Source: a virus
DNA: 64,000 nucleotides
IMG/VR virus record: IMGVR_UViG_3300045988_119396
Strand: one strand, 5' to 3'
Below the pieces are notes generated by a model. That model saw only the letters and a list, made by a program, of their open reading frames with translations, was not told where the DNA came from and did no database searches. Below, in pieces: positions 56,861 to 64,000 of this stretch (its first letter is position 1; every line of letters begins with the position of its first letter). Made by a program: the position numbers and the translations under genes.

Positions 56861-57625
56861 TTGGAAAACAATACAGTAGATAAGTTTGATAACACAGGTG
56901 CATGGTATAACGTGTTGAAACCAACATGGTATCTAGAACAAATGAAAGGCTGGTCTTTCCCTAGCTACATGTTATTGATGTTTGGCTTAGGTGCAATTAT
57001 TGGTATGACAGCTGCTAGTGGTATCAATGGTATCTCAATTTTAACTTTATTGGCTGGTACATTAGGCTTTACATGTACTATTTCTATTACAAATGCTAAA
57101 CCATTAAACGGTATTTTTGGTTTGGTTAGTGCTTTGATTTACATTACAGTAGCTATTCATGCCAAAAACTTTAATGATGTTCTATTGCAAACTGTTTATA
57201 TCTTGTTATTGGACTTACCAGTATTGCTTATGCCATCTTGGGCAAAGAACGTTGAAGAAAAGGTGCGTTTCTTACATGAAGGTGGTAAAGGTAAGCGTAA
57301 TTGGTTATTAACATTAGTATTCTTCGTAGTAGTTGCTTTAGTATTGTACTACTCAGATACACATTGGTTCATTAGCCCACGTCCAGTTGTAGATAGTGTG
57401 GCAGCAGCTATCGGTATTACAGGTGCTATGTTAACTACATTACGTTTTTCAGAAAGCTACTATTTTTGGATTGCACAAGGTCTTTCTTCTGTTATCTTAT
57501 GGGGAATTACCGCAGCAAGTGGAGCAGTTAACTGGGTATTATTCGTAACATACCTATTGTACTTATCTAATGACGCAGTTGCATTATTTGATGAGAAGAT
57601 TAGCTGGTTCCATCATAATAAATAG
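56861..57625 (+). CDS. PnuC-like nicotinamide riboside transporter (multi-TM membrane protein)
   Basis: 254 aa, ~7 TM helices. Trp-rich termini resembling PnuC (..ESYYFWIAQGLSSVILWGI..NWVLFVTYLLY). TTG start after SD GAGGT. Confidence 0.4.
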   Translation: MENNTVDKFDNTGAWYNVLKPTWYLEQMKGWSFPSYMLLMFGLGAIIGMTAASGINGISILTLLAGTLGFTCTISITNAKPLNGIFGLVSALIYITVAIHAKNFNDVLLQTVYILLLDLPVLLMPSWAKNVEEKVRFLHEGGKGKRNWLLTLVFFVVVALVLYYSDTHWFISPRPVVDSVAAAIGITGAMLTTLRFSESYYFWIAQGLSSVILWGITAASGAVNWVLFVTYLLYLSNDAVALFDEKISWFHHNK

Positions 57626-57755
57626 GGCTCCCTAATGCTAAAAGTTAGTTAAGTGGTTGTTACTAACGGTTATTAAAGTATGGTTGTTAGACTGGGTTTT
57701 CCAGTCTTTTAGAAGCGGTAGATATAAGCTACTGTTTCTAAAAGGAGGGAAAGTA

Positions 57756-57989
57756 ATGGAAGATTGGAATTGGAAACAAATTAGAAGGCAATCCATTATT
57801 GGTTTGATTATTGGTTTCATTGTCATCAATATTTATGCTGTGTTATATGTGATGTTTCATGGAACAAGTAAAATGGCAGATACTCTGTTGGACGTAAATA
57901 TGTTTATGATTATTGCACCTTGTAGTGTAGTATTCATGATGAGTTTTCTGGGGTTAATAGTGTCGATGGGAGTTGAAGATGATGAATGA
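57756..57989 (+). CDS. small membrane protein
   Basis: ATG at 57756 after AAAGGAGGG. 2 TM. Confidence 0.45.
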   Translation: MEDWNWKQIRRQSIIGLIIGFIVINIYAVLYVMFHGTSKMADTLLDVNMFMIIAPCSVVFMMSFLGLIVSMGVEDDE

Positions 57990-58008
57990 TAAAAAGGAAG
58001 TGATATAA

Positions 58009-58188
58009 ATGGAAGTTTTGAAACTATTCGTAGGAACTTGTGCCTTCACATTAGCTTTCCTTTTCTTGTACATATCGAGTAGAGCATTTATGGTAGGTAT
58101 GTTTATGCTTGGTTTCATGTCTGCATTGATTGGAATAGGCATGGGTCATCTATCATATTCAATGTTTATAGATTTGTTTGAAGATTAA
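58009..58188 (+). CDS. small membrane protein (59 aa), below ORF-track cutoff
   Basis: ATG at 58009 after AAGGAAGTGA. MEVLKLFVGTCAFTLAFLFLYISSRAFMVGMFMLGFMSALIGIGMGHLSYSMFIDLFED. Confidence 0.4.
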   Translation: MEVLKLFVGTCAFTLAFLFLYISSRAFMVGMFMLGFMSALIGIGMGHLSYSMFIDLFED

Positions 58189-58414
58189 AGGAGTGGTATT
58201 CATAGTAGGAAAGATAATTGATGGAATATTATTGGGGCTATTAACACTTGTATATTTAGCTCTATTAGCTTGTGTAATATATTTCTTTCCACATGTAATT
58301 CATGTATATTTTGGATTGGGTTGGTTAATACTATATTGGTTGTTCTTTGGAATACAAACTATATTAGGTTTAGTTGTAGTGCTGCTAATTATTATAGGTA
58401 GCTTAGGTGATTAG
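58178..58414 (+). CDS. small membrane protein (2 TM); start uncertain
   Basis: Hydrophobic 78-aa ORF. Confidence 0.35.
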   Translation: MKIKGVVFIVGKIIDGILLGLLTLVYLALLACVIYFFPHVIHVYFGLGWLILYWLFFGIQTILGLVVVLLIIIGSLGD

Positions 58415-58472
58415 TCCAATGCAACTATAATAAATTGAGATAAATAAATGTGTTAACAGAGGAGGTGTAGGT

Positions 58473-58886
58473 ATGACATTACATTTGGGAAAATTTGACG
58501 ATTTGACGTTAGATACCAAGTATGAGTACAAATATTGTATGCTTGTCTATATTAAAAGTAGCTTGTATGATACACACGTTGTTCAGTTCACATATTTCAA
58601 TAGTCTTTTTGAATTAGAAAAGGGATATAAAACACTTGTTGACGCATTAGAAGGTCGTAGTAAATGGGTTAATACCGAGGCTGGCGTTTTTCGTGTAGAA
58701 GATATTGAACATATTGCTCCAGTGGTTGCCTATAATGTCCCATCTGACGAATTTGACGAGGGGACATACAAAAGATGTTTGGACTTTGACATAAGCAAAG
58801 GTGACGTTTTTGACGGTCGATACAATCATATTAAACACGTTCCTATTGATTTGATACGTGCTAGTGAAAGATGGGTGCGTGAATAA
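58473..58886 (+). CDS. hypothetical protein
   Basis: 137 aa, SD GAGGAGGTG. Confidence 0.45.
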   Translation: MTLHLGKFDDLTLDTKYEYKYCMLVYIKSSLYDTHVVQFTYFNSLFELEKGYKTLVDALEGRSKWVNTEAGVFRVEDIEHIAPVVAYNVPSDEFDEGTYKRCLDFDISKGDVFDGRYNHIKHVPIDLIRASERWVRE

Positions 58887-58912
58887 AATGGATATTTTAT
58901 AAGGAGATTTTT

Positions 58913-59182
58913 ATGGAAATAATAGACAATCGCAACATAATTGTTGATGAAAATATCAAAACTGGTGACGTCTTAGAGGTCATTGACCCAGAAGACCATA
59001 GACATGAGTATTGGATTGTTGGTTGTCATGGTGATATTGACGAAGAAAAAGCTGGATACTCACTTATTAACTTGGAAACTGGTGTGGCATTATTAGCAAC
59101 AGACCTTGACTCAGCACTTAAATACTATTGCTTAGGCTGTGATATTAGAGTAGTAGATACGGAATTGCATATAGTTGAATAG
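58913..59182 (+). CDS. small paralog family member 1
   Basis: Shares the pattern GDV..VID.....EYWIV......YSLINLETG with the next three genes. Confidence 0.45.
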   Translation: MEIIDNRNIIVDENIKTGDVLEVIDPEDHRHEYWIVGCHGDIDEEKAGYSLINLETGVALLATDLDSALKYYCLGCDIRVVDTELHIVE

Positions 59183-59192
59183 GGGTGTGTTC

Positions 59193-59450
59193 ATGGAAAT
59201 TGTACAAGGATTAAAACGTAATTTAATAGTTGGTGACGTAATCAAAATTTATCGCACCAAATACGCAGATGAATATGTAGATTATATAATGGTAGCACAT
59301 CACGAAAACATAAAAACATACTATTTGGTTGACTTAGAGTCTGGGACTTTTATATATACAACTCGTGATTTTGAGAGTATTCGTGAGTTTTTAGATACAG
59401 ATGTTAACGATTGGGAAATTGTAGACGCTAAGTTAATTGTATCTAAGTAG
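59193..59450 (+). CDS. small paralog family member 2
   Basis: GDVIKIYRTKYADEYVDYIMVAHHENIKTYYLVDLESG. Confidence 0.45.
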   Translation: MEIVQGLKRNLIVGDVIKIYRTKYADEYVDYIMVAHHENIKTYYLVDLESGTFIYTTRDFESIREFLDTDVNDWEIVDAKLIVSK

Positions 59451-59460
59451 AGGTGTAAGT

Positions 59461-59718
59461 ATGTCATTACGTAGAAATGTGAATGTGATAAAAAGTCTTA
59501 GAAGTGGAGATATAATTGACCTCGGCTTGAATGGGCATAGCGAATACTACATAGTAGCGTACCAAGCGGTTGGTGGAAGGTATTGTTTAGTCAACCTACA
59601 AGATGGCTACACAAGTGTATATGGGGATAGCCTAGCGTATATTGAAGACTTCTTGCGTGGCTTAGGTTATGAAATTATAGAAGATACAGAAGTACGTGTT
59701 AGTGATTTTAGCTTTTAG
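59461..59718 (+). CDS. small paralog family member 3
   Basis: GDIIDLGLNGHSEYYIVAYQAVGGRYCLVNLQDG. Confidence 0.45.
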   Translation: MSLRRNVNVIKSLRSGDIIDLGLNGHSEYYIVAYQAVGGRYCLVNLQDGYTSVYGDSLAYIEDFLRGLGYEIIEDTEVRVSDFSF

Positions 59719-59730
59719 GAGGTGTACATA

Positions 59731-60009
59731 TTGGATATTAAAGAGATATTGGATAGAGAAGACTTGCGTTTGGGTGATGTAATCTACGATAAAACTCTTG
59801 ACAAACACTTCATGTTGGCGGTGAATTGGGCTGAATTTGACACTTTCGCATGTGTTATTGATTTGGAATATGGTGCAGTTATTAAAGACTATACGGTAGG
59901 TAATTCCATTGGGTTTTGGGAAGACTTCTTTGGTGATGATGATGTGGAACTTGTAGATGAGCTTACAGCTGTTAGAGAAACGGAGGAAGAAGACGATAAT
60001 GAAGATTGA
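59731..60009 (+). CDS. small paralog family member 4 (acidic tail)
   Basis: GDVIYDKTLDKHFMLAVNWAEFDTFACVIDLEYG. TTG start 9 nt after AGGAGG. Confidence 0.4.
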   Translation: MDIKEILDREDLRLGDVIYDKTLDKHFMLAVNWAEFDTFACVIDLEYGAVIKDYTVGNSIGFWEDFFGDDDVELVDELTAVRETEEEDDNED

Positions 60010-60157
60010 GCTAGAGAAAATCCTAACAACAATAGTCTTTTTGATAATTGTAGTTGGTTTAATTTTTTTACAGATAGATACAGTCATGAAATTTTCAGCT
60101 GCAATGTTGGTTTTAATTTATTGGGAACTTGAAGATATTTTGAGAAAACTTGATTAG
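59999..60157 (+). CDS. small membrane protein (52 aa)
   Basis: ATG at 59999 after GGAGGAAG. One TM. Confidence 0.35.
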   Translation: MKIELEKILTTIVFLIIVVGLIFLQIDTVMKFSAAMLVLIYWELEDILRKLD

Positions 60158-60169
60158 GAGGAATAGCTC

Positions 60170-60580
60170 ATGGATAGACCATTACAGAACATAAACGATA
60201 TAGATACATCTAAAATTGTTGAAGTCTATGATAATCTAGTGTGGTACAAATTATCATTAGATAATGGTTGGACATCTTATACGCTGCGTGCACATGATTG
60301 TATGCACGACAACGTGGAAATCTACAACAAGGATAATATCTATTCTGATGATGGATATACCCTCGGTGTTAATTTCTCTCATATTCCATCTGAACGCTAT
60401 GATGAACTACGTCCCATTGTTAAGTGGTATGGCTGTAAGATTGAAGATGATGGGGAAGTTGTATTGCATACTAATAAGATGAGATTTGGGAATCCGTTAT
60501 TAAATATGACGTTAGCCCTTAGTACAATCGAAAACTACTTCGAGTTTAGTGGCAAGAAGGGAGATTATCCATACGAATGA
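60170..60580 (+). CDS. hypothetical protein
   Basis: 136 aa, SD AGGAGG. Confidence 0.45.
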   Translation: MDRPLQNINDIDTSKIVEVYDNLVWYKLSLDNGWTSYTLRAHDCMHDNVEIYNKDNIYSDDGYTLGVNFSHIPSERYDELRPIVKWYGCKIEDDGEVVLHTNKMRFGNPLLNMTLALSTIENYFEFSGKKGDYPYE

Positions 60581-60951
60581 CAAGTGCTGAAAGAGAGTTT
60601 AATAAGTCAGTGCGTAATCTATCTACATACCTTGAGAGTGATGACATGATTTCTGCTGATAACGAACTAAAAGTTATGCGTAAAGTATATGACGAGATGA
60701 AAAAGATAGAAAGCCATAGCATTACATTATGGCTATTTGTTACAGCGGCTTTGGTTGTGTATATTGGTATGGGATGGGGTAAGTACGAAATACTAACCAT
60801 GCTAATGACAGGACTAGAGGCATTTTCATTTGCTCTAATGACTTATACTTCTAATATAGTAGATAATTTTATTGACAATATCGAATATTGGGAAGACAAG
60901 TATAATTTACATAAGGGGGTGAACAGACGAGTTGACAACAGTATCAACTAA
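60577..60951 (+). CDS. membrane protein (2 TM)
   Basis: LWLFVTAALVVYIGMGWGKYEILTMLMTGLEAFSFALMTYT. Confidence 0.4.
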   Translation: MTSAEREFNKSVRNLSTYLESDDMISADNELKVMRKVYDEMKKIESHSITLWLFVTAALVVYIGMGWGKYEILTMLMTGLEAFSFALMTYTSNIVDNFIDNIEYWEDKYNLHKGVNRRVDNSIN

Positions 60952-61180
60952 TAATGTAGTAACAGTATATACTAAGAATAATTGTCCGCAATGCAAGATA
61001 ACAAAACGTAAGTTGCATATTTTGGGTATTAACTATCATGAACACAATGTAGATGAAGACCCTAAAGCATTAGAATATCTAATAGAAAGAGGCTTGCGTA
61101 GTTTACCTGTTGTAGTTACAGAAGATGATACATGGACTGGGCTACGAATGGATAAGTTAAACAATCTTCAAAAAAGATGA
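60932..61180 (+). CDS. nrdH: NrdH-like glutaredoxin (CPQC active site)
   Basis: VTVYTKNNCPQCKITKRKL..INYHEHNVDEDP..LPVVVTEDDTWTG. Confidence 0.7.
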   Translation: MTTVSTNNVVTVYTKNNCPQCKITKRKLHILGINYHEHNVDEDPKALEYLIERGLRSLPVVVTEDDTWTGLRMDKLNNLQKR

Positions 61181-61199
61181 ATATTTCTTAGTTTTTCTG

Positions 61200-61258
61200 T
61201 TGACTTTTATTTTCTATGTGGTATCATAATATATGTAGTTAAGAGTTAAGAGAATAAA
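61200..61258 (+). promoter_or_regulatory. promoter (TTGACT...) + leader motif variant GTTAAGAGTTAAGAGAATAAA (copy 3)
   Basis: Motif at 61238-61258. Left flank of the tRNA-like/TnpB island. Confidence 0.5.
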
Positions 61259-61346
61259 CGAGCAACTCAAAGCTACAACAAAACAATTAAATAAATCTAT
61301 TATATGCGTTGAGCTTACAAAATGTGTCCTGTTAAGTAAGTCAACA

Positions 61347-61424
61347 ATCGGATAGCTTAATGGCAGAGCGTACGAGTATGATAACGATACTTGTAAGGTT
61401 TGATGTTCAATTCATCAATCCGAT
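61347..61424 (+). ncRNA. tRNA-like cloverleaf (78 nt) with non-canonical extended anticodon arm
   Basis: Acceptor ATCGGAT/ATCCGAT (7 bp). D-arm GCT-taatggcag-AGC. 9-bp stem TACGAGTAT/ATACTTGTA with loop GATAACG. T-arm TGATG-TTCAATT-CATCA. No encoded CCA. Confidence 0.35.
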
Positions 61425-61970
61425 ATTTGTCACAGTGATTATTTGACAATAATGTTTATTTTGTACTCATGATGAGTACCTCCTTTTATTTAAACTTATT
61501 TTTCTGAATTATGTAGTACGTATACCTAATCACTGTGGCACACCTCCAAGTTAGATTGGTAGGTGGGTAAGATAACGGTATTGCCCATCTACAAAAGAGT
61601 TGGCACTTCTCCTACATAAAATTAGAATTAATGTTTCATTCCAGTCAGCTCTTTTGTAGGTGAACAAAACTTAGTTTGCCTAAACAATTTTCGCAAGTCT
61701 GAAAGGATTTGTACTTTCCAAATTGATGGTGTTCTATGGTTAGTATTTCTCTAGTCTATTTTGTTAATTATTTTAATACTAATTTTAATATCATCTCTTT
61801 AACACTTTTTATTTTTATATTATTTTGTTTTTATCTGAATGTCAGCCCATTAGGGTTGATATATCAGCGAGTAGACGGTTGACTTTTTGATATATTTTTT
61901 ACGACCTCCGATTTTATGCTTGTTTTTTAAGCTACTCGTTGATATATCCATCTTAGTCGGAGGTGTAAGC

Positions 61971-62186
61971 GTGGATAAATTAAGCAATATAATTGATAAG
62001 TTTCTCTTAACAAGAACATGGTATGTAATACAATGGCTGTTTATCATAGTTATTGCATTTGACCTAATCTTTTACAGCTACGGTTTCTGGACTAAGTTAT
62101 TCTATTTAACTGGTTTGACAGCTGGGTTTAGCAATATTAAGGAATGGCACAAGAAGCGTACCTATTCTGTTAAGAGAAAACATTAA
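61971..62186 (+). CDS. small membrane protein (72 aa, 2 TM)
   Basis: GTG at 61971, 7 nt after GGAGGTG. Sits between a large hairpin (61855-61945) and tnpB. Confidence 0.35.
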   Translation: MDKLSNIIDKFLLTRTWYVIQWLFIIVIAFDLIFYSYGFWTKLFYLTGLTAGFSNIKEWHKKRTYSVKRKH

Positions 62187-62311
62187 TATACATACAACTC
62201 TAAAGCTATAACATATCTTAATTTTTTGCGTGATATGTATCGGCTTACTTTATAAAGTTAGTACAGTATAGAATATAAAATCATTACATCAATTTAGTGA
62301 AGTGAAGCGAG

Positions 62312-63481
62312 GTGAGTAAGATGTTAAAAGGTATTAAATTACGTATATACCCAAATAAGAGACAACGTGAACAGTTGGATATTATGTTTGGTAATAGTCG
62401 TTTTATTTGGAATAATATGTTAGCTACGATGAACGAGCGTTACAAGAATAACAAAGATTTACCTATGTTAACCGAGTATAAATTACATGTTCTACTAAAA
62501 CCTTTGAAAGTTGAATATCCATTCTTGAAAGAGAGTGATAGCACTGCTTTACAAGTAGATTGTCAAAATCTGTATCGAGCGTGGAAGAACTTCTTTAAAT
62601 CTGGTTTTGGTAAGCCTAGATTCAAGTCTAGGAAATTCTACAAGCAATCTTATACAGGTAAGTCGGCACCTAATGTTCATGTAGTAGCTAAAAGATATAT
62701 GAAACTACCTAAGCTAGGCTATATCAAAACTAGCAAAACATTTCAACTCACCGATTGCAAGATTAAACGTTATACGTTAAGTCATGGCACGACTGGTCGT
62801 TATTATTTATCTTTACAGGTAGAATGTGAAAATCAAGCATTGTTACCTAAGACAAATAAATCAGTTGGGTTAGATTTAGGTGTAGCAGATTTAGCTATTT
62901 CTTCTGATGGAATTAAATATGATACATTCCATGTGGGAGATTTAGAACATAAAGCTAACTTGTGGCAACGTAAGTTTTCTAAGCGTAGACATCAAGCTAA
63001 GGTTTGTATCGAAAGTGATAAATACTCAAAAGTATTAGTGCCTAGAGATTTTGATGATTTTAAAAATCTACAAAAGGCTCGAAAGCGCAAAGCGAGATTG
63101 CAAGCTAAGATAGCTAACAAACGTAAAGATTACTTGCATAAATTAACCACTACGTTAGTAAAGCAATACGATACTATCGTTATTGAAGATTTAAAGGCTA
63201 AGAATATGATGAAAAATCATAAACTAGCAAAAGCAATAGCTAACGGTTCATGGTATTTATTCCGTTCTATGTTGGAATATAAGTGTAATTGGTATGGGAA
63301 GCAACTAATAGTAGTTAGTCCTAAATACACTTCACAAGTCTGTTCTAACTGTGGTGTAAATACAGGCAAGAAATCGTTAGATGTTCGTGAGTGGACTTGT
63401 GATAATTGTGGTACACATCACGATAGAGATATTAACGCTGCTAGAAATATCTTGGCTAAAGGATTGAAAGAAGTAGCTTAA
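62312..63481 (+). CDS. tnpB: IS200/IS605-family TnpB (OrfB) RNA-guided nuclease; no TnpA
   Basis: Ruv[18 protein letters not shown]. Ruv[13 protein letters not shown]. Zinc finger CSNCG..CDNCG. Ruv[15 protein letters not shown]. Confidence 0.8.
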   Translation: MSKMLKGIKLRIYPNKRQREQLDIMFGNSRFIWNNMLATMNERYKNNKDLPMLTEYKLHVLLKPLKVEYPFLKESDSTALQVDCQNLYRAWKNFFKSGFGKPRFKSRKFYKQSYTGKSAPNVHVVAKRYMKLPKLGYIKTSKTFQLTDCKIKRYTLSHGTTGRYYLSLQVECENQALLPKTNKSVGLDLGVADLAISSDGIKYDTFHVGDLEHKANLWQRKFSKRRHQAKVCIESDKYSKVLVPRDFDDFKNLQKARKRKARLQAKIANKRKDYLHKLTTTLVKQYDTIVIEDLKAKNMMKNHKLAKAIANGSWYLFRSMLEYKCNWYGKQLIVVSPKYTSQVCSNCGVNTGKKSLDVREWTCDNCGTHHDRDINAARNILAKGLKEVA

Positions 63482-63700
63482 ATAAGCGCAAAAGGTACGG
63501 GACGTGCCTCGGTAATATATCTAGGTTCTGTAAGTTAGGCTTAGTCCTAAATACTACCTAGAGTTCCCAGAAACCACCGTTTTTAATAGGTGTGTAGTCC
63601 ATATAAGGCAGCTTGATGGTTGCTAAAGGGAACGGGTTGGTTTTTCACATCCTTTCAATGAATACAGATAATTAACCCCTAATACAACTTACAATACTGA
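63440..63700 (+). mobile_element. putative IS right-end / omega-RNA scaffold region downstream of tnpB
   Basis: Structured noncoding sequence overlapping and following the tnpB 3' end. Inferred from the known tnpB/omega-RNA arrangement. Confidence 0.35.
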
Positions 63701-63764
63701 CACAGTTTTTGTCCCGTTCTCTCTAGGAGCTATCAAAAGCTCTCCCAAAACAAGTCTACTACAT

Positions 63765-63785
63765 GTTAAGAGTTTAGAGAATAAA
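63765..63785 (+). repeat. leader motif GTTAAGAGTTTAGAGAATAAA (copy 4), right flank of TnpB island
   Basis: Exact match to copies 1 and 2. No obvious -35 immediately upstream. Confidence 0.5.
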
Positions 63786-64000
63786 TGGTAGACATTTGGT
63801 ATGTAAGGCAGTAGAAAAATGCTAACACACCACAGCATTTACACTAATCAGACGTCCTTGCATACCACGCTCACAGACTTTGGCGCAACGAGGAATGTGG
63901 GAGCGGATAGCTGAGTCACAGGTGGTGTTGTGACAGAGAGCTATGCGTAATTATTTATCTTAGTTGGTAGTCATGTGGTGTATATGTGTAGCACACTCGT

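Overview
This window is a tailed-phage genome segment, AT-rich and probably from a Lactobacillales-type Firmicute host. It carries a plasmid-style maintenance locus, so it is likely a phage-plasmid.

Layout:
- 115-19700, minus strand: late/structural operon. In transcription order: small terminase candidate, large terminase (interrupted by a ~280-nt group-I-like intron), portal, prohead protease-scaffold fusion, major capsid, about eight virion proteins, a 1710-aa tail fiber, a holin. No tape-measure gene is present.
- 19.4-24.8 kb, minus strand: HU-like protein, a sigma-region-4-like late regulator, and three tandem RepA_N-like replication-initiator paralogs, each with its own conserved promoter.
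- 24.8-28.1 kb: origin/centromere-like AT-rich repeats, then parA, a parB-like gene and two Zn-ribbon paralogs.
- 28.1-31.9 kb: ~4 kb with no credible ORFs. It contains a ~1-kb C-depleted stretch followed directly by a ~0.9-kb G-depleted stretch. Next is a CI-like XRE repressor (minus strand). Right of it lie four tandem copies of a promoter + palindromic operator (TTGTCGA-N5-TCGACAA) + hairpin module, then a ~450-nt GC-rich, densely structured RNA-like region.
- 31.9-42.6 kb, plus strand: about 25 small, often acidic early genes sharing a conserved AAAGGGTGGTAATT ribosome-binding module. They include a DnaN-like sliding clamp, a NUMOD-type homing-endonuclease-like protein, a Bro-N antirepressor and an orphan HigB-like toxin. 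Three miniature tRNA-like elements (acceptor stem + T-arm, no anticodon loop) sit in intergenic gaps.
- 42.6-45.1 kb: two tyrosine-recombinase-like genes.
- 45.1-56.4 kb: replication/recombination module: T4 gp1-like dNMP kinase, SSB-like protein, Sak4-like ATPase, Mre11/SbcD-like phosphoesterase, DnaB-like helicase, RecD-like helicase.
- 56.8-61.2 kb: a PnuC-like transporter, an NrdH redoxin, and a tandem array of four paralogous small proteins.
- 61.3-63.7 kb: a full-size tRNA-like cloverleaf and a TnpA-less IS605-family TnpB with a putative downstream omega-RNA/right-end region.

A 21-nt promoter-leader motif, GTTAAGAGTTTAGAGAATAAA, recurs four times. Two copies flank the TnpB island.

The most unusual content is the noncoding block at 28-32 kb (mirror strand-composition segments, tandem promoter-operator array, large structured RNA) together with the mini tRNA-like elements.
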